DNA from: Basidiobolus meristosporus CBS 931.73
Taxonomy: Eukaryota > Fungi > Basidiobolomycota
Assembly (NCBI GenBank): GCA_002104905.1
Contig: MCFE01000124.1
Location: 97,248-161,247, forward strand
Length of the DNA: 64,000 nt
Direction: 5' to 3'
Shown here: positions 14,365 through 25,800 of the stretch, in pieces
Position numbering within the stretch: the stretch's first letter is position 1
Layout of the letters: every line of letters begins with the position of its first letter
Position numbers and translations under genes: made by a program
Notes under the pieces: model-generated
Seen by the model: only the letters and a program-made list of their open reading frames with translations
Told to the model about the DNA's origin: nothing
The model's database searches: none

Positions 14365-15062
14365 TCAATGAGATAGCAGGTTGTGCCCTACGACGTTCGT
14401 GGATGATTTCTCCGGCCAACACTGGAGCAGTGGCGAGAAGACCAGGTTGACAGGTGTAGTGGGTTCGGACACTGAGGATGCCGGCGATAAGGTCGGCTCG
14501 ACCCGGATAGGGAATAGCTCCGCTTTATGTTCGTGGTCAGCATGATGGTGAACCGTCTGGTGCTTCTTGAGGGTGGTTTTGCGGGTAAACCGCTTGTCGC
14601 AATTAGGAAAGGTGCATTCGTAAGGTTTTTTGCCGGTGTGTGACCGCTTGTGTCTAGCCAGCGAGGAGGACTGGTTGAAGAGTTGGTTAGCATCTGATGG
14701 ATTGGGTAATGTGAGTAGGATGAGAGGCTTACATCACTGAAGGATTTGCAGCAATTCGGATAGTCGCAGGAGTGTGGGCGCTCGCCGGTGTGTGTGCGGT
14801 AGTGGATTGCTAGGGCAGAACGCTGGATGAATGTCTTTCCACAATACTCCCAATCGCAAAGATAAGGGCGCTCGCCCGTGTGGATTTTTTCATGTCGGGA
14901 GAGATCGGACTTTCTGGTGAAGGTTTTGCCGCAATCATCCAGAAAGCACTGAAAGAGCCTCCTCCTCGGTTGTGGGTGATTAGCACTAGGACCATTTGGA
15001 AGATTGATGGGATGGCAATTCTGCACTGTGTCCATAGGGTTCAATATGAAGCCGAGATCCAT
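14365..15062 (-). CDS. C2H2 zinc-finger transcription factor with 4 fingers and TGERP/TGKKP linkers; complement(join(14365..14670,14733..15062)), about 211 aa
   Basis: Fingers CFLDDC..H...H, CDWEYC (FIQRSALAIHYRTHTGERPH), CDYPNC (SFSD|SSSLARHKRSHTGKKPY) and CTFPNC..RKTTLKKH; the intron gtaagc...ctaac...cag restores finger 3. Confidence 0.92.
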
Positions 15063-16682
15063 TTCAAGTAAGCACTGTAAACCAACTACGGAGATGAAAA
15101 GATATGGAAGAGGCGAAAAAGCTTGGCGCTTGAGGTTGGTGGTGGATGGGCGTAGCTTATATATCTTGCAGGGCGATTCACGAGATCAGATCGTGGTCCT
15201 AATTTGGCCATTTTGTTTCCGTCATAGAGTCCAAAATAGATGATACAATTAAAGCTGTGCAGGGATGCTAGAAGCCATTAGACATACAAAGCAGGTATCA
15301 CCTCATATAGATACGGACTTAAAACAGCGCGAAAGTGCAAATAAACCTTCTTGGAATAGTCTCTGAAAGGGAAGCTTACCAAGCATGCAGTGCTATCGCT
15401 CATCCATCCCGAAGCCTATTCCTCCTCATACACGAAGACTGAGATATATGGCACATGCCTCCAACTCAATTTGGGAATGGTATAAGCTTCGTCTTGATCA
15501 TCATGCTACTCGTAATTCCCAAATCTACCAGCCCACTACTTGGGCTTATTCCATGTAGGTTTTCATAACTAGTTTCGAAATAAGACGAGTTCCCATCCAC
15601 GAAATATATGTCTAATGATGTAATCAACTGAGGTCGGAGATCTCGCTACCCAAAGCTTACTGCAAATTGGGGAAGCCTGATTGGTGGATTTTGGGTCGCA
15701 TAAGGGTTGCATCAGGTTCCTTAAGGAAATAAGATATTTTGCTCAACACGGTCCAATTACACCATCAGAGTAACGTTTTATTTATATCCGACAGCGCTAG
15801 CGATCAAGATTTCAATTGAACACTCCGATGAAATTGTGGAGGATCGCTAAAACCTTGGGAAAAGCTGCATTGAAGCTAACAATTAATGTAACATTAAACT
15901 TCCGTTAACATAAATATATACTGGTAAGCCCAAGTCAATGTCATCACTGCTTTGTTAATCCTAGTATCCCGCTAAATATATGTATCAGTACGCTGCTTCT
16001 GCTACCAGCTATTTAATTATAGGTATGACGTCTGGTAATACTCAGAGCAAAAATGACGTTGGTCTCTTTATTTATTAAATGTTGCTACACTGTATTCCAA
16101 AGGTTAGGGATCGATTCAATGTTTCTGCCTCATTAAGTGTGTGGTATTGGATCTATCGTGGTAAATTACACCCCATACCATTATTGACGAGAGGGTATTT
16201 ACCGCTACCATCACAGTTACCATCGTTTCGATGATCATGGAAATATCTTGATTAATTGGAGTTAGGGTTGCTGGCAATTTATGCTGAAAAGGACTAATTA
16301 ACCAAGTGCACAAAATATCCACTCCTATGCGAAACAACGGAGGCTTCCGGAAATCGAAGTGGTTTCGTAAAAATTTGCACACCGCAGTTTTGAGTAAGCA
16401 GAAGCACTCGCCCCATCAAACGCCAACATATTTTGTAGAGGTTTTTCCAATCATGCGTAAGAACGTGCTTTGGAAATTTTTGAAAAAAAGTTTTGGGCCT
16501 TTTTTATTGCTTCAGTATTTCCACATTTCTGAAGAAATGATAATCAGGCATTACATTGAACCAAATCAATAGTCATGATGTTGACAAACTTAGAGGCCAT
16601 AATCACAACAATGGAATATGTGGAATATAATGTTAAGTATCATATAAACACATGAGATAGCTACATCTAGAATATACAGAAT

Positions 16683-16740
16683 GGTAAATAATAGCTCAGT
16701 GGCTCAGAAAGGAGGCCCTGGGTTTGATTCCCAGTCAGAC
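16683..16740 (+). pseudogene. Degenerate tRNA-like sequence (tRNA pseudogene or tRNA-derived SINE head)
   Basis: A-box TAGCTCAGTGG (16692-16702), B-box-like GGTTTGATTCC (16721-16731) inside a CTGGG/CCCAG T-stem; the anticodon arm is too short and the acceptor stem pairs only partly (GGT../..ACC). Confidence 0.5.
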
Positions 16741-17932
16741 CGAAACGTCCCTGCCAAAATAGATGTATATGTGAGCGAGGGCTCAATAATATACAAGGTC
16801 TTTGGAAATACATTCGAGGTAAGCTATAAAGATTCTCATCAAGTGAACGAGCAGAACCCGCTTTGAAACCCTTGCGCTTATCTGCGAAATACTCTTTGAA
16901 ATTGACTAGGTGTGCTTGGTCATGAAAAATGTGACATGCAGCCAACTATTGATGAATAATACTCAATACGAGAAATTGTCAATAGCTATAGGCCAAAGTT
17001 TTTTTACATTTTTCGTCATAAGATACTTCGGACTTGAACTATTGTAGGTACTTGCAAATATTATGCAGGTCCAGATCAGGCACGGTTTGTCTTATTTAGT
17101 TTCACTTTTAGTAACTCTCTTTCGGTCAATGATGCTTACATCCAATGTTCAAAAATCCAATATATCGACCTGGACTCTTTATTGCTTGCTAAAACTTGAT
17201 GTATATCCCTAGCATGCCATTCAAAGGGTTCAAGTCAGCCCAGGGTCATTACACTGATACTCACTACATGAGCTGTGTTCCTAAATTAATTATCACATGG
17301 TACAGTACACATTACTCTGCACCGGAGATCATCAGGATATATCCGATCATTTACTTGACATAGGAATCTGAGCTGCGCATGGTGTCTCTAGTCCTATTTA
17401 GGACTCTACGAAGTTCCATTGACGACGGTTTTCCCACCCACCGAAAACATTCCCTATGAAAAAAATTAACAAAAGGCCAGCATAATATCAGTATAATATC
17501 AGCACAGTTCCAGAGTTTCCCTAAACTTACAACTTTCAATATTTCAGGTTCCAGCCATTTTGCAGACAAGTAGATATACTTTCTAGGAGGAGGCTAGGCT
17601 GAATAATCTTCATATCAAATTTGGTGATAAACTGCTCACTGCTTCCGCAAGAATCGACAGCTAAAAAATTGACGGAAAAACACCGGCTGAATACCAACAA
17701 AATATCATATGAAATCCAAGTATGAGATTTCTCACAGGGATTCTGATTCAAATGGTCCGTCCTCCCCCCCCCAAAAAAAAAGGTGCAGAGCCACGAAATC
17801 TAAGATGGTTTCTTAATCAAGCTGACTGGGATGCGAAGAAATTTTAATCGGGTTAGGGTGATATTTTATTAGGGCTTGTACGATAAGAAAATATGCCAAG
17901 CCAATTCCATCTAGCATGAAAGAACTGAACGA

Positions 17933-18442
17933 TTAGAAGACCATACTCATGGCAACAGCTAGAGCACCAGAGACCAGTCCCAATGGCACTACGGCGTAGA
18001 CTCCATTAGAAGTCTTTCCAGTCGCGGTTGGAGTGGTTGCAGAGCCAGTACCTGATGGAGTTGCGGAACTACCGCCCGTGGAAGTGGAGGTGCCGGCAGA
18101 TGGTGTTTTCGAAGCACTGCCTCGAGTGGATGGGGCAATAGTAACGGAGTAGCCTTTGTCCTTGCAGGTTTGGATATAAGGGGCATTATCAGTTATAGCT
18201 GGATTCACAGCGCAACTAAGACAATCGAAGTTGCCAAGGAAGATATCGGTACAAATACAATCCCGGAAAGCAATTATGCCAGTAGCATTACTAGTACCCA
18301 TGTTGGCAATCTTCGTCTCACAACCTGCTGGAATGATTTTATAGCAGCTTGTGCAATAAGCGGGGCTCTGAGCTGAGCTAACGTTAACCAGAACGACAGC
18401 GCAGAAGATGGAAACAAGAGCAGAGAAACGAAGAGAAACCAT
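17933..18442 (-). CDS. Small secreted, Cys-rich, Ser/Thr-rich, probably GPI-anchored surface protein (CFEM-like Cys spacing), about 169 aa
   Basis: Hydrophobic N-terminus MVSLRFSALVSIFCAVVLVNVSSA; 8 Cys in the mature domain (CxxC..C..CxC..CxxC..C); S/T/G-rich stalk; hydrophobic C-terminal tail VYAVVPLGLVSGALAVAMSMVF; intronless ORF. Confidence 0.8.
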   Translation of the reverse strand: MVSLRFSALVSIFCAVVLVNVSSAQSPAYCTSCYKIIPAGCETKIANMGTSNATGIIAFRDCICTDIFLGNFDCLSCAVNPAITDNAPYIQTCKDKGYSVTIAPSTRGSASKTPSAGTSTSTGGSSATPSGTGSATTPTATGKTSNGVYAVVPLGLVSGALAVAMSMVF

Positions 18443-19214
18443 TAGGGAATAAGACAAAGAAGAAAGAGGTGTATACTTCAACTGATGGGAATGGTGACCT
18501 ATATTTATTGATTTGGCCTACCTCTATGCCAATCATATTGCTGGGCTCCTATGACTCTAAGCCATTTCTAAATAGAGATCTTTTGGGTACACATTGAGAT
18601 TGGGCCTCTTTAGGCAATCCGTATAATTAAGTTTCTATGAGTTTGTACTCTGCGTTTCAGTTGTGATGGCTCAACTCCAAGACCATTGGTGGGCTATTAT
18701 TACCCTCGACAATCAGTATTACATAACAGAATTTTCATGCTACATTGGGAGTGTACAAGCCTTCCAAATCGAATGGAAATATATGTCGAGTGTTACAATC
18801 CATGAATGGTGATTTGCAACCCAATAAGATATAGCTATGGGCAGTCCCATCAAGCCTCCATATATGGGCTTTGTGCAGTATAGTAAATTCCATCAGATCC
18901 TCTACTGAACGGAGGTATTGCCTACCGACTATGGACGCGGGGTGATCAAGGGTAAAAATAGGTGAATTCCGATGGGACTATGGTTGGGAATAATCACTAT
19001 TGAGGCATCTTGCTTGGCACGATGTCTCCAGGTTACATCAATTCGATTTATTGGATATAATAAAAGAGGATGTCGTTTGCGGAATATGTATTTGAGGTAT
19101 ACAAATTTCATTTTATAGATATCAGAGGACGGGATCTCCTCGTGTATGGTGAGCGATGATTCTAGGCCGATTAGGCAGCACATCGCGCAGGCGTCGTTGG
19201 AGCGGATGCTCAAG

Positions 19215-20152
19215 CTAATAGCCATCCGCATAATTACCAACTGTGTCTTGGGCTTCTATTTGATCGTCAGGTATACCAGTGCGAAATCCTCGATGTGATG
19301 GCGGTGAAGAAAGATTGCTCAACACCGGATTGCGAGGCTCGGCATCGGGATATTCGTCGATGACCTCCTGTTGATTTATGACATCATCGTCGTTGTTGAC
19401 AAAGGCTGCGGTTTGGTTTAGATGTGAGCTGATTCATTCGAGTACCGATACGGTCAACATATTAAGTACCTTTGGAGTGTCCTAGCTCCCTTACCAAGCC
19501 GTTCGTTGTTAGCTCGATGGAGATGTTGTCCTCGGCGGCGGTGGACTCGGGGTTTGACGAGTGCAAAGTGATCTCGATCTCCTTGATCTTCGACCTTCCA
19601 CCATCTGCACAAGCACAAGTCAGCTAAATATTGACACAGTGAGCATAGGATGCGCATACCAGTATTACTGCCCTTTCTCAAGACAATCTCTATGGAGTCT
19701 ATACTTTCGGCGCCTTGTTTGCTTCCATGGATTTCCTCAGAACCTAACCGGTTTCGCTGGTTATGCAACTTGGTTAAGTCCACTTCTTTTTTTCGCTGAA
19801 AATCGATGCCGATCTCTGGTACTCTATTGTCAGTGTCATTGATGTGTGCGTCTTGGGATCCGCTGGATTCATCGTGCTTACTGGCGTTAAGATCCGAGCT
19901 CCAAGCCTCCTTGGAGTATTTCTGGTGGGAGCGGTGGTTGCCTTTAGGTTTTTCAGGGAGCTTATTTTTGGAGTTACATTTACTGTTCGTCTTTGAGTTT
20001 GGAGTGTATTCGCGGGGTCGCTCTGCTCTCTCCGTGTGGGTGATCTTATTTACCTCATTCTGCGAGTCGTTAATAGTCCGAGCTATTATACCCGCTTGGG
20101 TGGAGGCTATGCTGGACCAAATATAAAGCAGACTTATTGTTGAAAGCTTCAT
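19215..20152 (-). CDS. Secreted hydrophilic orphan protein; complement(join(19215..19405,19470..19604,19660..20152)), about 272 aa
   Basis: Signal-like MKLSTISLLYIWSSIASTQAG; two GT-AG introns (gtatgc..gctgac..cag and gtactt..cgcag) keep an open frame to TAG at 19215; no recognisable domain. Confidence 0.65.
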
Positions 20153-21651
20153 AGTCACAAGCACAAGAAGGCCCGTACAAAAGTAAAAGGTCTTTTATGT
20201 GTAATGATGTGATAGGTGAGTGCAACAGGAATCGTATCTGATGGGAGACGATGCGAAGTGGTTGGCAAAATAGATAGGTGCGCAATGAAGAAGCTGAAAA
20301 GATCATAGGCAGGGTCGCTTTTATATCCACCCGCGCGTCAGGCTCGGGAAAACGAAAGAGATACTCCTTATTTCCTGTGAGAGACTGAAACCTAGCTGTG
20401 TTGAGATGGTGAATGTTTTATCATATGGTAACGATGTTATTGCTTATTAGGCACCACCATGTAGCCATTGTAAACCATGCACTCTGTTAGTAGAACAGGT
20501 CGGAGAGAGGAGGTGCGGGGTAGGCGAGCTGCTGCACCAAGCTCGAGGCGTCTAGTGATATGCATTGATTAAATAGACTAGTATGCTGCTCTAGGTATCT
20601 TTCAATCACAACATACATATGTTACTGAATGTACTAGCATGGGTAGCAAGCGACCCTAGGATTCCACCAATACCAAGGCTCGAAAGGTGGGTGTAGTGTT
20701 GGCCATTGGCTATCAGTGATTTTTGATTAGTCGAACATCCGAGAGCAATTGATAAACAGCCACACGGCAATCTTGAGCAATGGTGGATATCTATCTACGG
20801 CCATGGCCAACTACTCCTCTCCTAGTGGAGCCGCCGATGAAAGGCCCTACATCGAGTGCTGATCCTGATCGTACACTCAAGACTTTGGCCAATTGATATG
20901 GTCACGAATTCCCTATCTTTGGTGTGACATTATCTTTGTGAAGCGCTTCCCATCGCTGCTTTGAAACGGATCATCCACTAATTAGGTTGCATGACTATGC
21001 TTTCACGATCACAAAAGGTAGTGCCAGCCTGAGAATTGATGGATGGCCTTGTGAAATCAAGCAAATAGGGTGAATCGATCAATACAAACTTGGTTACCCT
21101 GCAACGTGCTTTAGCAGTCCAAATGACGCTTCGCGAATATTGTTGACGGTCGATGTTTTATATAGCAGCTTGGAGTCCTGGTGTATATTGAACCGCACTC
21201 TATTCAGCAGTATTGTTGCACGGCAGATCAGGAGCATCCATGCTTTCATTTGTTTAGTGATTTCCATTGAGTGAAATGAACCACTACACGTGGCTGCGAA
21301 TGCCATCTAATATTAAGTTGCACACTTCCTAGCAAATCACTGTCGCCACAAATCATTGCTAGGCGACCATCCAGGTTTGGGAATCAGTAGTCCATATATG
21401 GCGTTATTCAAGCGTTCGTCTGAGCATTTATTAGATGGTTAGGAATGGGCACACGAGCTATCTGGGGTTTTTCTTCGTTCTGGTGTCACCCTTGCTGCAA
21501 TTGCTCACAATATAATCTAGCATGCTGTGCTCTTGACAACTGGAGGAACTTTCTCGACTACCCCTCCTTCCCTTGAAAGGCTCACTTAATACCAATTGAG
21601 GTAGCATTTCCTTCAGCCTTGCTTATTTTTGCTACAGACGAACACTTTGTA

Positions 21652-22608
21652 ATGGAGAAGATGGTCAACATGGAGAAAGAGGCGTTTGATCACAATTTGA
21701 ACACGATGGTTTCTTCCTTTGCGTTGCCAATAGCTGTGATCATTGTCTACCGTTCTGCTGTGATGGCGCTGAAGGAGAGTAGCATAATTTTCAAGCTTAA
21801 TTTCATCCAGTCTTCAATGCTGCTTATCAACACGATCGTACAGTTGATCAACGTGTTTTATGACTCATCGAATTGCCGGTTCCCGTATTTCTTGTACTCC
21901 ATTTTGAGCTACCTGAGTCTTCTTTGCATAGACACCATCCTATATCTCAAGGCATACTACATCAACAAGTCATCCAAGATCATTGCGCTTATCTGTGTCC
22001 TGCTTCAACTGGCTCGGCTATTTTTCGTCGTGCAGAGTAATCGATTTGTAGAATTCGTGCCTGGACTACTTACGCTATGCCAAGTCGACATGAACAGATG
22101 GGTGTTGGGAATAGTTGGGACGGAGGCATTGGTTATCGTCTTCCTGTGCACCTTGTACTTGATCAGAGTGTATAGGCAGAGCAAGCTGACCCCCAACGCC
22201 GTCTTCTCGACCATCATCCGCCAGGGATTTACTTTCCCCTTAGCCATCTGCTTTACTTTCATCATCCTAGCAGCCTTGCTGTTAGCCAACGTTGCCCATG
22301 CCAATACGGTTCAACTTCTCACTATCTGTTGTAAGTGGTCTTTATCAAGTAGTCTCGATTGGACTTGTGTTTTTGCTGACTATCCTTTCGCACCAGGGGT
22401 TCTCAATTCTTGGCTGATTACCAAACAGATGGATTTTGCCCACTCCATTCATCAGCAGGATCGCGCCGCTGCTGCAAAATTGATTCACAACAAGATCGCT
22501 CTCACCCAGGCCAGTCATCAACATGATGCCCTCTCGTTGGCAAGCGAGGATCATCCGGTCAACTGGGATATCTACCTGGGAATTCCCAAAGACCAATCTA
22601 CGCTATGA
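21652..22608 (+). CDS. Seven-transmembrane GPCR-like membrane protein; join(21652..22330,22397..22608); the start may lie in an upstream exon
   Basis: Seven hydrophobic segments, Cys at the top of TM3 (NCRF) and in the TM4-TM5 loop (TLCQV), and a hydrophilic C-tail; a 66-nt gtaagt...gctgac...cag intron interrupts TM7. Confidence 0.7.
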   Translation: MEKMVNMEKEAFDHNLNTMVSSFALPIAVIIVYRSAVMALKESSIIFKLNFIQSSMLLINTIVQLINVFYDSSNCRFPYFLYSILSYLSLLCIDTILYLKAYYINKSSKIIALICVLLQLARLFFVVQSNRFVEFVPGLLTLCQVDMNRWVLGIVGTEALVIVFLCTLYLIRVYRQSKLTPNAVFSTIIRQGFTFPLAICFTFIILAALLLANVAHANTVQLLTICCKWSLSSSLDWTCVFADYPFAPGVLNSWLITKQMDFAHSIHQQDRAAAAKLIHNKIALTQASHQHDALSLASEDHPVNWDIYLGIPKDQSTL

Positions 22609-22873
22609 TTCATAAGCAGACACACTATACATTTCAATCTCCCTAGAACATAAACCTCACCATGTAAAACGCGTACAAGGAGTCAACTCACTAGTAGCTT
22701 TTAATGCGCATTCTTTGACCCCTTGTATTTATTTCTCGCCCAAATGAAGCACTTAATTAAATGTTTTGTACTATTACTTGGTTCACTGGCCTAGATTGAA
22801 TTTCGATTGTGCTGCTTCTACAAGAAGGGTGAAGATCACGAAACGCGGCTTGGGCATACGTATGAGCAAAGCA

Positions 22874-25800
22874 TCAGTGACCTAACTTGCGCAAAAGCAG
22901 GTCTCTTTCTTCTGTGGAAAGGGAACCAAAGGTTTTGATAAACCCGTTAAGCATGGCGGAGCGATCCGACCGGGATAGCTCTGATATGTGGTTGGCGATG
23001 AAGGATTCTCTCAGATCTTTGATATTCCTTGCAATCAGTTGGTGAGAATGCGTCAACCAGTGGACTACGACTTCATTGGAGCTCTCCCACTGCTCGTCGG
23101 TATTTTTGGTATCTTTGCAAAACCAGCTTTTGAGATGTTCTATGGAGGCCGTTCGTGATATCGAGGAGTCGACCGCAGCGATCTGCTTCAACCAGCGCTC
23201 TTCATGAATTCGTCGGAGTACCCGCCAATAGAAGAATCGTCGAGCAGTTTTCCACTGCAGTATATCCCGAACTGCGCCTTTCGCCTTCATTCGACCTGGG
23301 GTGTCGTGCAGATCGGCGAAAAGAGTAGCGATTTGAGTGTATATCGGAAGTAGCTCTTTCTCTCGCTGCTCCAATTTGGCGACTATTTCTGCTTTCTCTT
23401 CGCTCTTGATATCGGGGCCGCGAAGTTGCTGAGTGAGGCTGCAGTATGTGTCATCAAGTCGTTCCATGGCCGAAATCAGCTGTGGCTTGCGGTATTTGAT
23501 CTCTACAATCCCTTCGGGTTCCAGGATTCCCGCTCTGCTTTCATCATCTGCGTACATCTCCATCATATCCGGATTGATGGTGGGGTCTAGAACCACCCAG
23601 GCACCACCACGCAATTCACCATTTGGTATGATATAGATGAATGCTGGTTGCTTGTAGTTTGACAAGGAATCCACGATGTATGAGCCATACTTGAGAATCT
23701 CGTTGTACATGTCCCGTTGTCCTCCCGAAAACCCACGCCAGTTGGCGAAAATGATCAGGGGCAGCTCCTCGCCATTGTTGAAGTCGTTGATTGCTTGTGC
23801 TGTTTTATAGGCAGAGTTTGGATACCAAACTCCGCCTGCCTCAACCAAAATCTGCTCTTCCGAGTTGGCATTGGCAGGGTCTGCCGGGGTTATGTGTTCG
23901 ATGGTGCGCGTTTCTACCGCAATCACTCCTATAGGTATACCGCCAAGTCGTGCTCGCCCGGTAACAACGCTACGGGCCCACCCATTCAGCGTCTCCACGA
24001 ACGATCCTTTATCAAAAAAGCCACCAATCCATTGATCACTGTCGTATTTCCCCTCAATGAAATGCCGTGGATCGGATGGCCCTTTAGGGGGGATATATGC
24101 TATTTCGCGGTCGACCGGGTCGGGTTTGGGGGTTATTGGGAGCATTTCGCCTCGCTTGGCAGGGATATACGAGAGCCATTGGAGAATCTTGGTAATCCCA
24201 TCCAGATCATCAGTGGCGGTCAAGTGGGACACACCATTCTTATGCATCACCTGAGTGCCACCCAATTGCAGATTCGAGGAATAGACTTCCCGCCCCAGTA
24301 CCTTGTTCAAGGCCGGTGCCCCAGTCAGGATAATGGGCTGCCCTTCATTCTGTATCGTCCTCTGGCCTAGGCGGACCAAGTAGGCACCTATGCCCACAGA
24401 GCGGCAGCTGACTAGATTAATGGTAAATATGTCATGGTAGGCGCGGGAGGTCTCTCCAGCAATCAGGCCAGACCCACGAAGATTCTCCACCCCTATGCCG
24501 TCCTCCTCTCCAACTATATCGGTTATCTTGTATCTGACCTCACCCTCGTCGTATATTTCATGCGCAATCACGACTGGTGTGGAGGTGGAGTTGATTTCTT
24601 TGTATTCATCGGGCGTTAGATAGAGGTATTTTATCCCCAAGCTATGCTCATCTTTGGACCAGGCAACACGGAACAAGGATTTGACTGATTCGGCTAAGCC
24701 GATGCGTGCGCCGGAGTTTGCGGAGATGTAAATTCGTGGAATCCCCAGTCGACGTGCCAACTGAGATGCCTTGTAGAAAACCATGTCCTCCTTAACGCCG
24801 AAGGAGCCGGTGATATATGTGATGTCATTGGCGATGACGATGGCATTTCTTCCCTCGGGATATTCTGGTGTGAAGATCTCAAACATCCAGGCAACCATGC
24901 CGCAGCTGTTCATGCCGGGAGATCGATTTAGCTCGTGAATCTCACCTTGGTCATCCACAACCAATTCCTTTGCATTCAATATTTCTCTTGGTGCCTTCAG
25001 CGCTGGATCCTGGATGGTGGCTTCGTTCCAGATCTGGCGAATGGATTGCGAGAATAGTTCCGGGAAGTCGTAGACGTAAGTTGTACCCATCACATGGGCT
25101 TTGTAGCGTCGGGGTTGTAGCCATTCCTTTGTTTGGTACTTGGACGACACTGGCTGTAAATGCATTGACCCTGGCGACCCAAGCGACTTGTAGATCCATT
25201 CTCCAAGGGCATTCTTCTCCTCGGTGTACGTCTCCATCTTCAGTACAAAACCCGCAACGTTGGTAATGGTGAATCTCACTGGAATAGGGACATCAGACTT
25301 GCTGGTCTGAACATTAAACTTGATTTCTCCACTAGTGACTCTCTGTCTCCACAGCTGCTTTCCATGACGGTCAATAAATCCGGTAAGCGCATCTTCCACC
25401 TGCTCCGGCTCCAGTACAAACGTGGGGATGAAGTTGATGAAGATATGATTGCAGTCGGAGTTATGATGAGTGGAATTCAGGATCTCCAGAGCATTCAAGA
25501 TATCCGTCAGTAGTCGATCGCTCTCAGAAACCAGATATTCTGCTGTCTGTATGTTGGAGCGAAGTCTACCGGGGCGAACAAGGACACGAACAAAGAATCG
25601 ACAATCAGAGATGTTTTCTTTGGCAACCGCGTAATATATGTGCAGATATCGGTTTTCGCTGAAGCACGGGGTTACGTCGAAATTTGACAGTCTGGTCAAT
25701 TCTAGCTGATAAGCCAATGCAGGGTCGATGTGACGAATAGTTTTATCCTCCTCGAAATTGTTGTTCTCTCTGAAATTGAAGAAGGCGGGGATTTGCCCTT

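Noticed and set aside
17850-17859. Isolated GGGTTAGGGT (also AGGTTAGGG at 16101)
   Set aside because: Single telomere-like words with no associated element terminus; expected by chance. Only the junction-linked instances after 50 kb were counted.
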